Origin: Methanobacteriota archaeon
Lineage (GTDB): Archaea; Thermoplasmatota; E2; JACPAO01; JAHWKR01
DNA length: 64,000 bases
NCBI GenBank assembly: GCA_019347805.1
Contig: JAHWKR010000001.1
Coordinates: 88,881 to 152,880 of the forward strand
Direction of reading: 5' to 3'
The position numbers and the translations under genes were made by a program. Below, one piece after another: positions 50,574 through 60,580 of the stretch. Below the pieces are notes generated by a model that saw nothing but the letters and a program-made list of their open reading frames with translations, was not told the origin of the DNA and ran no database searches. Positions within the stretch are counted from its first letter, which is position 1; each line of letters starts with the position of its first letter.

Positions 50574-51740
50574 TTATGCGCCGGTTTCGGTCCCGGCGTC
50601 GGCAAGGGGTGTCGGCGGGTTGCGCGAGAGCGGGATGCGCTCGATCTCCAAGGCGTCCGCGGTCGGGTATTCCTCGACGAGCGCCGGGTGCAGTTCAAGG
50701 AAGCCTTCGTAGATCTCCTCGAGCACCCAGGGGGCGATCTCGATGCGGCGCTTCGGGCCGGAGCGCAGGCCGACCCATTCCACGGGGACATCATATTCGG
50801 TGATGAGCCGGTCGTAGGCGGCCACAAGCGCGTCCATGGTGCCTTCCAGGATGCCGAAGACGACGGTCATGTCCTCGGTCTTCTCCATGTAGGGCTTGGC
50901 GGTGCGGTCGCGCCGGCGTCCGAGGCGCTTGGTCAGTTGCGTGCCGTCCTTGAAGCGGGAACTGCAGAAGTGGACCGTGAAGCCCGGGAGCTCTTTCCAG
51001 AGGCGCGAGACGGAGCGGTAGCCGGTCTCCATGGAACCGTGCACCCGGTTGTCCTCGTCACCGACCAGTTCGAAGCCGCGGTCGCGCAGCGGGTCGGCGT
51101 TGATGGTGCTGTATTCCAGTTCGTTCATGTTGAGGTACATCGCACCGGCCTCGTGCGCCTGTTTCGCCAACAAGGCGATGTCCTCTTCGCGTTCGGGGAT
51201 GCACGGGATCTCGACGCCGATCGTCATGCCGAGTTCGCGCGCGTCCTGCACCATGCGCACGTAGGGGGTCGACCCGAAGCGCGCCCAGAGCCATTCGTGG
51301 GGGTGGATGCGCAGTTCGTCAAGGCCGGCGTCGGCAAGGAGTTCGAGGGTCTCGCGTTTGGCGAACTGTTGTGTGTAGAGGTGGACGTGGTGCTCAGGAC
51401 CGTATTCCGCCTTGAGGCCGCGGATGAAACCGGCGACGCGCTCCGGGACGACGAGCGGGTCGCCCCCGGTGATACCGGTGCCCCAGGCGCCGGTGGCCTG
51501 CACCTCGGCGAAGACCTGCGGCAACCATTCCTCCATGGTCGTGCCTTCCAGTTTGCGCTCATTGGCGAAGAGGACGTCATGGTCGATCTTCGCTTCCGAG
51601 ACGGGACAATAGAAGCAGTCCGAGGGACAGAGGCCGCTCACGAACATGACCATCTTGGCGCCCTGCCGGCACTGGATGCAGCCAAGCGGGAGGCTGCCCT
51701 TGTGCCGGCTGCCCTGGAACGTCTCGGCCTCGGTCGCCAC
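50574..51740 (-). CDS. Radical SAM domain protein, subfamily unknown
   Basis: CxxxCxxC cluster motif GLCPSDCFYCPV near N-terminus; GGDP glycine-rich SAM motif. Confidence 0.65.
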   Translation of the reverse strand: MATEAETFQGSRHKGSLPLGCIQCRQGAKMVMFVSGLCPSDCFYCPVSEAKIDHDVLFANERKLEGTTMEEWLPQVFAEVQATGAWGTGITGGDPLVVPERVAGFIRGLKAEYGPEHHVHLYTQQFAKRETLELLADAGLDELRIHPHEWLWARFGSTPYVRMVQDARELGMTIGVEIPCIPEREEDIALLAKQAHEAGAMYLNMNELEYSTINADPLRDRGFELVGDEDNRVHGSMETGYRSVSRLWKELPGFTVHFCSSRFKDGTQLTKRLGRRRDRTAKPYMEKTEDMTVVFGILEGTMDALVAAYDRLITEYDVPVEWVGLRSGPKRRIEIAPWVLEEIYEGFLELHPALVEEYPTADALEIERIPLSRNPPTPLADAGTETGA

Positions 51741-51965
51741 GGTCGAGGCTCAAGAGCCGGGACTCTTGAACGTTTGGGTCGGCGCCAGGAGGGTCATCGC
51801 TCCGGCGCGTCGCTGTCGCCCCGCGCTGTCAGGTCTGTGTGAACGTTGATGGTGTGACCTGGCGGAACCTTCAGTCCTCCACATACGCCACGGTTAAGAA
51901 CGGAAGCGGTGCATAGGCCTCTCGTTGGAAGGCTTGCCCAGCGCCCTGGTCAGGGGTGCCCCTGG

Positions 51966-52343
51966 ATGACCAAGGTCCTCATCGCGGACGACGAGGAGGC
52001 CATCCTGGAGAGCACCGCGTCGCTCCTCGAGCTTTTCGGCTTCGATGTCGTCGTCGTGAGCGAGCCCAGCGACATCATCGATACGATGCGCCGTGAGCGG
52101 CCGGACGTCCTCCTCCAGGACGTCCGCATGCCCGATTTCGACATCAACCGGCATCTCGAGCGCTTGCACGCCGACCCCGAGTTGCGGTCGGTCCCGGTCA
52201 TCATCTTCTCTGCCTACGTGAACGCGCGTGAGATCGCCCAGCAGGTGGGTGCCGACGGCGCCATCGAGAAGCCGTTCGACCCGGAGGACCTGCGCGATGT
52301 CATCGAAAGGGTGGTCACGAGCCGGCCGACACCGGCGGACTGA
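51966..52343 (+). CDS. Single-domain response regulator (CheY-like receiver)
   Basis: VLIADDEE, LLQDVRMP (phospho-acceptor Asp), IFSAY, IEKPF. Confidence 0.75.
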   Translation: MTKVLIADDEEAILESTASLLELFGFDVVVVSEPSDIIDTMRRERPDVLLQDVRMPDFDINRHLERLHADPELRSVPVIIFSAYVNAREIAQQVGADGAIEKPFDPEDLRDVIERVVTSRPTPAD

Positions 52344-52344
52344 T

Positions 52345-53337
52345 TCAGATCCAGCCGCGGTGGCGGAAGTAGACGAGGTTCCCGATCCCGATGAGAAGCG
52401 CCACCGCCCAGAAGCCGACATAGCCGTAGGGCATGTGCAGCTCGGGCATGTTGCCGGGGAGCGCCGTGTCGAAGTTCATGCCGTAGACGCCGGCGAAGAA
52501 CGACAACGGGATGAAGATGGTGGCGACGAGCGTCAGGGTCTTCATGATGTCGTTGGTGCGGTTCGACACCATGGTGAGGTATAGGTCCATGAGATGCGAC
52601 GTGGCGTCGCGGTGGGATTCGACGAGGTCTGCCGCCTGTGCGGTGTGGTCCAACACGTCGCGCAAAAACGGTTGGGTGCCGCGCTTGAAGGTGGTCTCGT
52701 CGCGCAGCATGTAGGCGACGGCGTCCTTCATCGGGCGGATGTGGCGCCGCATCCGGCGCAGGTCGAGCTTGAGGGCTTGGACCTCTTCCAGGTGCTCTTT
52801 GTGCACGTCATCGAAGATGGCGTCCTCGAGCACCTCGATGCGTTCCCCCATCTCCTGCACGACCGGCAGGTAGGTGTCGACGGCGGCGTCGATGAGGGTG
52901 TAGGCGAGATAGTCGCTGCCGGAGGACCGGATACGTTGCCGACCGCGCCGGAGGCGGTCCCGCACGCCGTCGAAGAGCCCGTCGGGGCGTTCGCCGATGA
53001 CAAGGAGCCAGCCGCGGCCGAGGAACATGTTGATCTGCCGGGAGCGGACGCCTTCCTCTTCGTCCGGTTCGATGGAGCGGACGACGATGTAGGTGTTCGT
53101 GGAGTATTCCTCGACCTTGGGGCGTTGCCGTTCGTTGCGGCAATCCTCCAGGGCGAGCGGGTGCAGTTCCAGTTCCGCCTCCAGGAGCGCATAGTCCTCT
53201 TCGCTCGGCTCTTCCAGGACGATCCAGCCCATGGTCGGTTCTTTCGCCCGTTCCACCGCCGCCGCGAGGCTCACGTCCTCGTGCTCCTCGATGGTCTCCT
53301 TGTCGTAGACGATGAGGCGCAGGCGGGAGGCCATGGT
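52345..53337 (-). CDS. corA: CorA-family magnesium/cobalt transporter
   Basis: C-terminal two TM with YGMNF signature; start MASRLRLIVYD chosen over longer ORF. Confidence 0.85.
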   Translation of the reverse strand, partial: TMASRLRLIVYDKETIEEHEDVSLAAAVERAKEPTMGWIVLEEPSEEDYALLEAELELHPLALEDCRNERQRPKVEEYSTNTYIVVRSIEPDEEEGVRSRQINMFLGRGWLLVIGERPDGLFDGVRDRLRRGRQRIRSSGSDYLAYTLIDAAVDTYLPVVQEMGERIEVLEDAIFDDVHKEHLEEVQALKLDLRRMRRHIRPMKDAVAYMLRDETTFKRGTQPFLRDVLDHTAQAADLVESHRDATSHLMDLYLTMVSNRTNDIMKTLTLVATIFIPLSFFAGVYGMNFDTALPGNMPELHMPYGYVGFWAVALLIGIGNLVYFRHRGWI

Positions 53338-53558
53338 CCGGCACCTGCTCCGTGGCCATAAAAACGCGGAGGGGAAAGGCCATCGTTGACATGGGGGTGA
53401 CGCGGCCGGCTTGGCGGTCACCCCAAACTATACGAGGTCGTGCGTACACACATCTGGGGTAAGCGCGGTCGAAGGACCAGGACAGACGTTGTTCTGTCCG
53501 GAACGGTCCGAGCCGTGTCCACTACGCCTCGTGTCGGCTGCGAACCTGCAACCGCGGG

Positions 53559-53614
53559 GGTTCCCGAAAGGAACCGTGTCTGACACGTCCTGACCCTTGA
53601 CGTGGCCCGTCAAG
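53559..53614. promoter_or_regulatory. Three consecutive perfect palindromes (candidate operator) between corA and the downstream membrane-protein gene
   Basis: GGTTCCcgaaaGGAACC (53559-75), CGTGTCtGACACG (53575-87), CTTGACGtggccCGTCAAG (53596-614). Confidence 0.4.
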
Positions 53615-53631
53615 ACGAGGTCGGGCGACGT

Positions 53632-54135
53632 ATGGATACGACCTTCGAGACCGCGTGTCGCACTCATCACGTCACCCCATCCGGAACGGTCTTGCACCGT
53701 TCCGGGCTCCTTCTTACGATGATGGACATCGGCCGCCTCGCCGCGGCGCTCCAAGGGACGTTTTGGACCGTGACCGGTGTCTGGCCCATCCTGCACCTCG
53801 GCTCGTTCGAGGCGGTGACCGGTCCGAAGACGGACGACTGGCTCGTGCGGGTGACCGGGCTCCTCATCGCCGTCGTCGGCGTCGTCCTCCTGTGGGCCGC
53901 GCTGCGCCCACCGATCGGTCGCGACACGGTCCGGCTCGGCCTCATTTCGGCGGCCGCGCTCGGTCTCGCCGATGTCGTCATCGTCGCCACCGGTGCGGTC
54001 GGGCCGGTCTATCTGCTCGACGTGCCCGTCGAGGCGTTCTTCGTCGGCCTCTGGTCGGCGCACCTTGTGCGGAGCCGTTCAGCGCGCGATGGTCGCGGTC
54101 TTGAGGGCGGCGACGACGGCGTCTCCGACCTGTGA
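53632..54135 (+). CDS. Hypothetical small membrane protein
   Basis: 3-4 TM helices; 3' end overlaps convergent leuB by about 57 nt, so C-terminus uncertain. Confidence 0.35.
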   Translation: MDTTFETACRTHHVTPSGTVLHRSGLLLTMMDIGRLAAALQGTFWTVTGVWPILHLGSFEAVTGPKTDDWLVRVTGLLIAVVGVVLLWAALRPPIGRDTVRLGLISAAALGLADVVIVATGAVGPVYLLDVPVEAFFVGLWSAHLVRSRSARDGRGLEGGDDGVSDL

Positions 54136-55218
54136 GGTCGTGGCGCTCCCGCCGAGGTCGTAGCTCAAGGTGCGGCCGTCGGCGACGACCTGCCGCACGG
54201 CCTCCTCGACGGCGGTGGCCGCTTCCTTGGCGCGTGCATCATCGTGGCGGAGCGCGAGGTGTTCGAGCATGAGGCGCACGGAGTCGACCATGGCGAGCGG
54301 GTTCGCCTTGCCCTGACCGGCGTGCTTCGGTGCCGAACCGTGCACCGGCTCGAACATGGCGTGCCTGTCGCCGATGTTGCCCGAGGCGGCCATGCCCATC
54401 CCGCCCTGGAGGACGCTCGCAAGGTCGGTGACGATGTCGCCGAGCATGTTCGGCGCGACGACGACGTCGTAATACTCGGGGTTGCGCACGAGCCATTGGG
54501 TGAAGGCGTCGACGTAGGCGTAGTCGCGTTCGATGTCCGGATAACCGGCCGCGACCTCGTCGTAGACCGCGCGGAACAGACGGCAACCTGCGCGCACGTT
54601 CGACTTGTCGACGCAGGTGACGCGGGATTTCCCGTCGGCGGGCGCACCGTTGCGCGTCTTGGCGAGTTCGAAGCCGAAGCGGTGCACCCGCTCGGCGCCT
54701 TTGCGGGTGATGACGCGCGAGTCGATGGCCACCTCGTCGATGCCGCCGCGCGACAAGGTGCCGCGGGTCGGTGTGTAGGAGCCCTCGGTGTTCTCCCGGA
54801 TGAGGAGCATGTCGACCTTGCCGGGTTCCCAGACCTCGCGGAAGGCGCCGTGGATCTTGTGCTTGATGCCGGGATGCAACCGGCAGGGGCGCACGTTGGC
54901 GAAAAGGTCGAGGCCGAAGCGCAGGCCGAAGACGATGCCGGCGCCGGCGATGTCGCCCGAGGGGAGGCTCGCGCCGGGCCAGCCGACCGCGCCGAGCAGG
55001 ATCGCGTCGGACCAATCGCGGCACGCGGGGAAAGCCTCGTCGGGCCATTCTTCGCCGGTTTCGAGGTAGTGTTGTCCACCACAGGGGAAGCTCTGGGTCT
55101 CGAACTCGATGCCGAACCGGTCGGTGACCGCTTCGAGGACCTTGTCGGCCTCGAGGATCACTTCGCGGCCGACGCCGTCGCCCGGGAGGCGGACGATGCG
55201 GTAGGCGTTCCCGGCCAT
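54079..55218 (-). CDS. leuB: 3-isopropylmalate dehydrogenase-family beta-decarboxylating dehydrogenase
   Basis: 379 aa; motifs [26 protein letters not shown]; cannot exclude tartrate/homoisocitrate DH. Confidence 0.7.
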   Translation of the reverse strand: MAGNAYRIVRLPGDGVGREVILEADKVLEAVTDRFGIEFETQSFPCGGQHYLETGEEWPDEAFPACRDWSDAILLGAVGWPGASLPSGDIAGAGIVFGLRFGLDLFANVRPCRLHPGIKHKIHGAFREVWEPGKVDMLLIRENTEGSYTPTRGTLSRGGIDEVAIDSRVITRKGAERVHRFGFELAKTRNGAPADGKSRVTCVDKSNVRAGCRLFRAVYDEVAAGYPDIERDYAYVDAFTQWLVRNPEYYDVVVAPNMLGDIVTDLASVLQGGMGMAASGNIGDRHAMFEPVHGSAPKHAGQGKANPLAMVDSVRLMLEHLALRHDDARAKEAATAVEEAVRQVVADGRTLSYDLGGSATTSQVGDAVVAALKTATIAR

Positions 55219-55260
55219 GGGGCGCGGCAGAAGAGGGGGGTCTGTAAGGGTTGTGGTCGG

Positions 55261-56022
55261 TCACATCAGTTCGATGCGTACTTTCTGGACACCCTCTGCG
55301 ACCTCGACATCGAGGATGTGCGCTCCTTTTGGTCCGTCGGGGTCCTTTCGTCCGCTGGGTCGTGACGGCTCCTCGTCGCGCCAGCGCCGGTCGCGTCCCC
55401 CGCCTCCGCCCTCTTCGCTGCTCCTTTTTCCGGGGGGTCCTTGTTCCGCGGCTTCGGCCGCCGCCTCCGCCTTTTGCAGTTCGGGCGGCTTCGAGGACGT
55501 GCTGTCATCGTCATTGTGTCGGCGGTACTCCCAGGAGGGGACGATCGAGATCTTGCCGTTTCGTTCGAAGAAGGCGACCTTGATGTCCTCCACCTGGACC
55601 ACTTGTCCGCGTACGCGCATGCTCTCCTCCAGGTCGCGGCGCCCGATCTTGTGTCTGTCCATGTTCTCCCAGATGATCTCGCCGTCGAGGACGAGCGCCT
55701 CCGGCGACCCCTTGATGAGGCGGCCCATGCCATCGCTCCGGTAGGTGACGACGGCGATGATGTAGTGGATGATGACGAGGAGCGCCGCGGCGACGATGCT
55801 CGCCAGGATGGGGGCGTCGCCGTTCACGGCCCGTGAAAGGGTGGAGCCAAGGATGAAACCGAGGACGACGTCGAACGCGGTGTTCTTGCCGAGGAAGCGG
55901 TTCTTGCCGAGGCGGAGGATCAGGAGCGCCGCCGAATAGACGATGAACGCGTTCAATAGGATGACGAGGGATCGGTCGAGCGGGAAGACATCGAGGTACT
56001 CGGCGACCTGGTCGTGGAACAT
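55261..56022 (-). CDS. DUF421 (YetF-like) membrane protein with acidic/Gly-rich C-terminal tail
   Basis: N-terminal 3 TM plus conserved LIKGSPEALVLDGEIIWENMDRHKI region. Confidence 0.55.
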   Translation of the reverse strand: MFHDQVAEYLDVFPLDRSLVILLNAFIVYSAALLILRLGKNRFLGKNTAFDVVLGFILGSTLSRAVNGDAPILASIVAAALLVIIHYIIAVVTYRSDGMGRLIKGSPEALVLDGEIIWENMDRHKIGRRDLEESMRVRGQVVQVEDIKVAFFERNGKISIVPSWEYRRHNDDDSTSSKPPELQKAEAAAEAAEQGPPGKRSSEEGGGGGRDRRWRDEEPSRPSGRKDPDGPKGAHILDVEVAEGVQKVRIELM

Positions 56023-56082
56023 GTCGGTCGGGTGGCGAGCGGGCTGGAGGACGGAAAGCCTCGCATACGGGAGTTGGACATG

Positions 56083-56652
56083 TCACGCATCGAGGCGGGT
56101 GAGGCGACGGAGGAGGCGCACGTTGGTCGGATGGTGGGCCGTGTCAGGGGGTCCGGTGCCGAGCGCCCGTTCCGCGTTGTCGAGCGCATCTTCGATGAGG
56201 GCATCGTGGAGGGGCCGGTAGAAGAGCGGCCACGCGAGTCGGGCGCTCCCGCGGGTCTTCATGACGAGCGTGTGGCGGAGCCTGCAGGCCGCTTCACCGT
56301 CCATGGTGAGGGTGAAGCCGTGTGTCCCCTCGAATCCTTTCGGCCGGGTGAAACGGAAGACGACGGTGCGCCCCGGGTCGAGGGACTCGACCATGTAATG
56401 GACCGGCCCGTGGTGGCAGGGGACCCCGACGGCAAGGGGCGCGTCAGCGCGCAACGGGGGCCATCTCTCGTGCGGCCAGAGGAGGTCGTCCTCGGTCGCG
56501 AGCGACTGGAGAAGCCGTGCGGCCTCCTCCACCGGCACCGGGAGGAGGCGCTCGTGGACGTTCAGCACCATCAGGATGCGTCGCTGAAGAGCAGGATCGA
56601 TTTGGTGATGCCGATGAAGGTCCTGTCCTGGACCGCCCGAGGAGCCCCGCAC
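56083..56652 (-). CDS. Hypothetical protein, possibly SRPBCC/Bet v1-like fold
   Basis: Size and secondary-structure pattern only; start likely internal (MVLNVHERLL). Confidence 0.25.
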   Translation of the reverse strand: MRGSSGGPGQDLHRHHQIDPALQRRILMVLNVHERLLPVPVEEAARLLQSLATEDDLLWPHERWPPLRADAPLAVGVPCHHGPVHYMVESLDPGRTVVFRFTRPKGFEGTHGFTLTMDGEAACRLRHTLVMKTRGSARLAWPLFYRPLHDALIEDALDNAERALGTGPPDTAHHPTNVRLLRRLTRLDA

Positions 56653-56826
56653 GGTCTGCAGCCCTCCCTTGCGTCTGCAGGGTCTTTCCTGCGCGGCTTC
56701 TTGAGGTGGTACGTCGTTGTCGTCCCTGGGCAGGTGCCCGACCTGGTGGACGGGCCGTCACTTGCCCACCCTCCGTTCGGGTGGACACGGGCCAGACAGG
56801 GAGAACACCCGTGTCCGCCCTCCTTC

Positions 56827-58599
56827 TCAGCGGATGTGGTAGCAGTCGCGTGCTTCTGCGTTGGCCTCCCAGCACGGCTGCGGGTCCTCGACGACGACGC
56901 TGGTGTCGACGGGGAGGTGGAGCGTGGTGCTGGCAAGATCGACCGTGATGCGGGCGCCCGTCGAGACCGGTTGGAGGCTGGGGCCGGGGCTGCCGTTCAT
57001 GGTGTTGCCCGAGAACGCGATGATGAGCCGTTCGCCCTTGTGCACGATGTCGTCCTGCGGGAAGAAGCGCACGTCGACCGGGATGGTCTTGCCGGAGACG
57101 TCGGATTCCCCTGATGCGAGGTCGGCGACGTGGTTGAGGCTCTGGGCGGCGAAGTTGAACCAGCGCACCTTGCCGTGGGCCTCGGCGCCGAGCGAGACGA
57201 TGACGCTTGCGCGTTCGCCGTCGGTGGTGACGTTGGCGACAAGGCGCGGTAGCCCGGCGATGGTCAGGTCCTCGGTGAGGGGGGCGGAGCGGTATCGCGC
57301 CTCGTGGGGGGCCATGTCGGTGGCGAGCCGTTGCAGGCCGCCGCGGGCATCATGGTAGGTGACGGTCCCTGTACCGACCGTGGTGTTCAACCAGCCGTCC
57401 ACGTTCGGGTGGTAGGAGCGCCATTCCACGTCGGTGGGGGGCCAGACCGCTTCGTGGCGCCAGACGCCGTCGTCGCGCTGCACCTGGATGGCGGGCGCGT
57501 CGAGGATGCCGGTCTCCTTCTCTTTCAGGAACTGGTCGAACCAGGCGAGCATGGTGGTGTTCCACCAGTCTTCGCGCTGGGGCCAGTTGTGGGACCATTG
57601 TCCGAGCCAGGCCTTGAACGGGACGCCGGTGTCCTGGAGGAGCGGCAGCCAGTCCTCCATCATGTGGGGCTTGACGTTCCAGTCCTGGAGGCCGTGGATG
57701 TAGAAGACGCTTGCGCGTTCCTGGTTCTTGTCCCAGGATGCGGAGAGTTCGGCGCTGAAGTCACGCACCTGCCAATAGGCGTCCTTGTTGCCGTCGAGGG
57801 TCGACGAGACGCCGCCTTCCTGCACTTCGACCTGGTCGGTGCACGCTTCACCGGTGACCGAGCCGGGGACGCTGAGGGGGTCCGTGAGGCCGAAGGGATC
57901 GGGGAAGGCGGTGTAGGGGACGTAATAGGTGTTGAAGCCGAAGCCCTGGATGTTGATGTGGACGCCGTTGACGAAATTGTACTTGTAGAAATCGCTGATG
58001 CCGCTGATCGGGACGATGGTCTTCAAGGACGGGGGCGCCTCGATCCACACGTCTTGCGGTGTCGTGCCGGGGTAGCTGACGCCGATGAGGCCGACGTTGC
58101 CGTTGGACCAGGCCGATGCGGCGAGCTGTTCGATGACCGCCGCGGTGTCCTTCGCCTCTTGGGGTCCACCTTGTGTGAAGCAGCCTTCCGAATTGCCGGT
58201 GCCGCGCACCGACGAGACGGCGTAGGCGTAGCCGCTTGCGACGAGGATGTCGGCGAGGCGGCCGAAGCCTTGCTGGCCGGTCGGGCGCACCGGGTCACCG
58301 CCACCGTAATAGGGCGTGACCTGGATGACGATGGGGACCTTCTCGGTGGTGTCGGGGCGGACGAGCCAGGTGTCGAGGAGGACGCCCCCGATCTCGGTCT
58401 TGACCTGCTCGACGATGCTGTCGACGACCGTGATGCGCTCGTTGGGGACGGAGACGTCGTGCAGATAGGCGACGACCGGGTCCGTGGGGACAAAGGTCTC
58501 GTCCACGTCGGGGGTCTGGACGTCGCTGTCGTCGGTGAAGCACCCGGCCAGGACGGAGCCCACGAAGATGAGGGTCAGGAGGAACGCACGGCCACGCAT
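56827..58599 (-). CDS. CocE/NonD-family (S15, Xaa-Pro dipeptidyl-peptidase-like) hydrolase lipoprotein
   Basis: Lipobox FVGSVLAGC; alpha/beta hydrolase nucleophile motif GVSYPG; C-terminal beta-sandwich domain. Confidence 0.7.
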   Translation of the reverse strand: MRGRAFLLTLIFVGSVLAGCFTDDSDVQTPDVDETFVPTDPVVAYLHDVSVPNERITVVDSIVEQVKTEIGGVLLDTWLVRPDTTEKVPIVIQVTPYYGGGDPVRPTGQQGFGRLADILVASGYAYAVSSVRGTGNSEGCFTQGGPQEAKDTAAVIEQLAASAWSNGNVGLIGVSYPGTTPQDVWIEAPPSLKTIVPISGISDFYKYNFVNGVHINIQGFGFNTYYVPYTAFPDPFGLTDPLSVPGSVTGEACTDQVEVQEGGVSSTLDGNKDAYWQVRDFSAELSASWDKNQERASVFYIHGLQDWNVKPHMMEDWLPLLQDTGVPFKAWLGQWSHNWPQREDWWNTTMLAWFDQFLKEKETGILDAPAIQVQRDDGVWRHEAVWPPTDVEWRSYHPNVDGWLNTTVGTGTVTYHDARGGLQRLATDMAPHEARYRSAPLTEDLTIAGLPRLVANVTTDGERASVIVSLGAEAHGKVRWFNFAAQSLNHVADLASGESDVSGKTIPVDVRFFPQDDIVHKGERLIIAFSGNTMNGSPGPSLQPVSTGARITVDLASTTLHLPVDTSVVVEDPQPCWEANAEARDCYHIR

Positions 58600-58689
58600 G
58601 GGTGGCGGAGCGTGGGTCCGGCCTTTTATGGGTTGTGTTGGAACGGAGTCTTCGGGGGGTCTGTTCCACGATCGGACGGCAAGGCTGGT

Positions 58690-58992
58690 TCAGCGTTTCC
58701 TGCCGTGGCGGATGGGACTCAACCGGTCGAGGAGCGCTTCGCGGTCGAGGTCGTCCGCGTCTTCCACACCGAGCCGTTTGGCGACGGCGACGAGAGACGG
58801 GTCGGGAGTGTCCAGGAGGTCGGTCGGGCCGGCGTCGGTCTCGGTCTCATCACCGATGGTCTCACCGCCGACCCCGTGCAGGCCGAGCATATCGTCGGCA
58901 CCGGGTGGGATCGGCCCGTCGTGCCGATGGCGGCGCTCCGGGGCGCGGGTCGGCCCGAGATAGCCCTTGTCCTTGCTTTTGTGGCGTTCCAT
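58690..58992 (-). CDS. Small acidic protein with Rho_N-like (SAP-like) motif
   Basis: SLVAVAKRLGVEDADDLDREALLDRL. Confidence 0.45.
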   Translation of the reverse strand: MERHKSKDKGYLGPTRAPERRHRHDGPIPPGADDMLGLHGVGGETIGDETETDAGPTDLLDTPDPSLVAVAKRLGVEDADDLDREALLDRLSPIRHGRKR

Positions 58993-59055
58993 CTGGGTCC
59001 TGTTCCGTCCTGCTTTCAGAAGTCTTCTTGGCTCGCGGAGTTTCTGGGGGTCGTC

Positions 59056-59466
59056 ATGTCAGGCCGGTCGGCTGACCGCTGCCGCGAGACCGTCAGCCCG
59101 CAGTTCCTCGATGGAGAGTTTCTCGATGTCTTCGCCTTGGACGTATTGCATCGGGCGGCGGCCGCTCTTCCAGGTCCCTTTGCGCCGGTCTGGGGCGACC
59201 CGAAGGGTGCAGAAGGTTCGCTTCCTGAAGAAGCTGAAGAAACGCTTGAGGACCGTCGTTCCGTCCCGGTCGACCCGCCCGGTTTCTTCGACCATGGGGG
59301 CGCCGAGTTCGTCTTCGTCGCCTCGACCCCCAAACCGGAGAAGAAGCTCGGCATCGAGTTGGAGACCGACGACGAGGACCTCGATTCGGCGGACATCATC
59401 ATGAACTTCAAGATGGAACGGGAGTTGCATCCGATGGAGCCGCTCACCAAGGGCCGTTGGGCGTAG
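59056..59466 (+). CDS. Hypothetical acidic protein, strand assignment uncertain
   Basis: 3' half (59300-59466) shows strong GC3 bias on the plus strand; competing minus-strand ORF 59059-59430 ends in an LSIEELR Rho_N-like motif. Confidence 0.25.
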   Translation: MSGRSADRCRETVSPQFLDGEFLDVFALDVLHRAAAALPGPFAPVWGDPKGAEGSLPEEAEETLEDRRSVPVDPPGFFDHGGAEFVFVASTPKPEKKLGIELETDDEDLDSADIIMNFKMERELHPMEPLTKGRWA

Positions 59467-59559
59467 GCTCGGGATCAGGAAGAAGGGTGCCGCCTCCGTA
59501 CCCCGGACGGGCGGCGACCGTGTGGGAGGAAGCAGGGGAAGAGAAGGGCTCGGTACGGA

Positions 59560-59904
59560 CTATTCCCTGCGCTCTTCGGCGTCCTGGAGTTTGCGCACCA
59601 GTTCCTCCTTGCTCTGGTTCTCCGGGTTCTTGATGTTCTTGTTCTTCGCCTCTTTCCGGAGCTCCTCGATGGACATGTTCTGGAAACGGCCCGATTCCGT
59701 CACCTGGGAGCCACCGCCGCGCTGTTGGGTCGCCCCGCCGCCGCGCTGCTGTCCGCCGCCACCGCCCTGGCCGCGTGTCGGTTCCGCGTCCTGGCCTCCT
59801 TTGCCGCCTGATTGTCCGCGTCCTTGGTTCTGTTCTTCTTTGCGTTGTTGTTTGGCCAAGATGATCACCTTCGACCGTAGAACAAGGCCCGATGTCTTGA
59901 GCAT
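59560..59904 (-). CDS. Gly/Gln-rich low-complexity protein with C-terminal Rho_N (Rho termination factor N-terminal-like) domain
   Basis: QGGGGGQQRGGGATQQRGGG low complexity then MSIEELRKEAKNKNIKNPENQSKEELVRKLQ. Confidence 0.55.
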   Translation of the reverse strand: MLKTSGLVLRSKVIILAKQQRKEEQNQGRGQSGGKGGQDAEPTRGQGGGGGQQRGGGATQQRGGGSQVTESGRFQNMSIEELRKEAKNKNIKNPENQSKEELVRKLQDAEERRE

Positions 59905-60028
59905 GGCCCGCAGAAAGTGCGCATGCTTCGACCTTCGTGCCGCTGGAACCGTCACGGGAGCGACATGTCGACCTGCGTGGCGTGGGCTCCGCTCGGCCTA
60001 TGATGCCGGGTCGCCCTTCGGGCGCCCG

Positions 60029-60580
60029 CTACAGTTCGATGACGTCGGCGTCCTCTTCCTCGCTCGGGGCGGGGTCGAGGCCGAGTTTCTGGCGCACGAT
60101 GCCGACGAGTCCGCCGGCTGCGATGATGCGCTGCATGTTGGGCGGGAGCGGTGTGCCGACGACGGCGCGGCCGGTCTTGATGTTCTCGATCGTTCCGGTG
60201 GCGATGTCGACGATGATCTCGTCGCCGTCACTGACCAGTTCCGTGACCCCGGGGGCTTCGATGACGGGGAGGCCGACGTTGATGGCGTTGCGGTAGAAGA
60301 TGCGCGCGAAGTTCTCTGCGACGACGACCGGAACCTTGGCGCCGATGATGCCGAGGGGGGCGTGTTCGCGGGACGAGCCGCAGCCGAAGTTGTCGCCGGC
60401 GACGATGATGTCGCCCGGTTCCACCTCTTTGGCGAACTCGGGGCGGGCGCCCTCGAGGACGATCTCGCCGAGCGATTCGGGGTCGAGCCGGGTGAGGTAC
60501 TTGCCGGGGACGATCATGTCGGTGTCGATGCTGTCGGCGAAGGTCCAGGCGCGGCCGCGGAACCGGGTCCGGATCGTCAT
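60029..60580 (-). CDS. leuD: 3-isopropylmalate/homoaconitate dehydratase small subunit
   Basis: MTIRTRFRGRAWTFADSIDTDMIVPGKYL...; ATGA overlap with leuC. Confidence 0.85.
   Translation of the reverse strand: MTIRTRFRGRAWTFADSIDTDMIVPGKYLTRLDPESLGEIVLEGARPEFAKEVEPGDIIVAGDNFGCGSSREHAPLGIIGAKVPVVVAENFARIFYRNAINVGLPVIEAPGVTELVSDGDEIIVDIATGTIENIKTGRAVVGTPLPPNMQRIIAAGGLVGIVRQKLGLDPAPSEEEDADVIEL

Noticed and set aside
54079-54135. 57-nt convergent overlap between ORF 53602-54135 and leuB
   Set aside because: More likely a mis-called 3' end of the weak plus-strand ORF than a genuine antisense overlap; leuB end is well supported.
57304-59000. 720-aa plus-strand ORF 57304-59466 (5' three quarters)
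   Set aside because: Antisense to the CocE/NonD peptidase gene; only its extreme 3' end (from about 59300) shows coding-like GC3 bias and was kept as a low-confidence separate feature.
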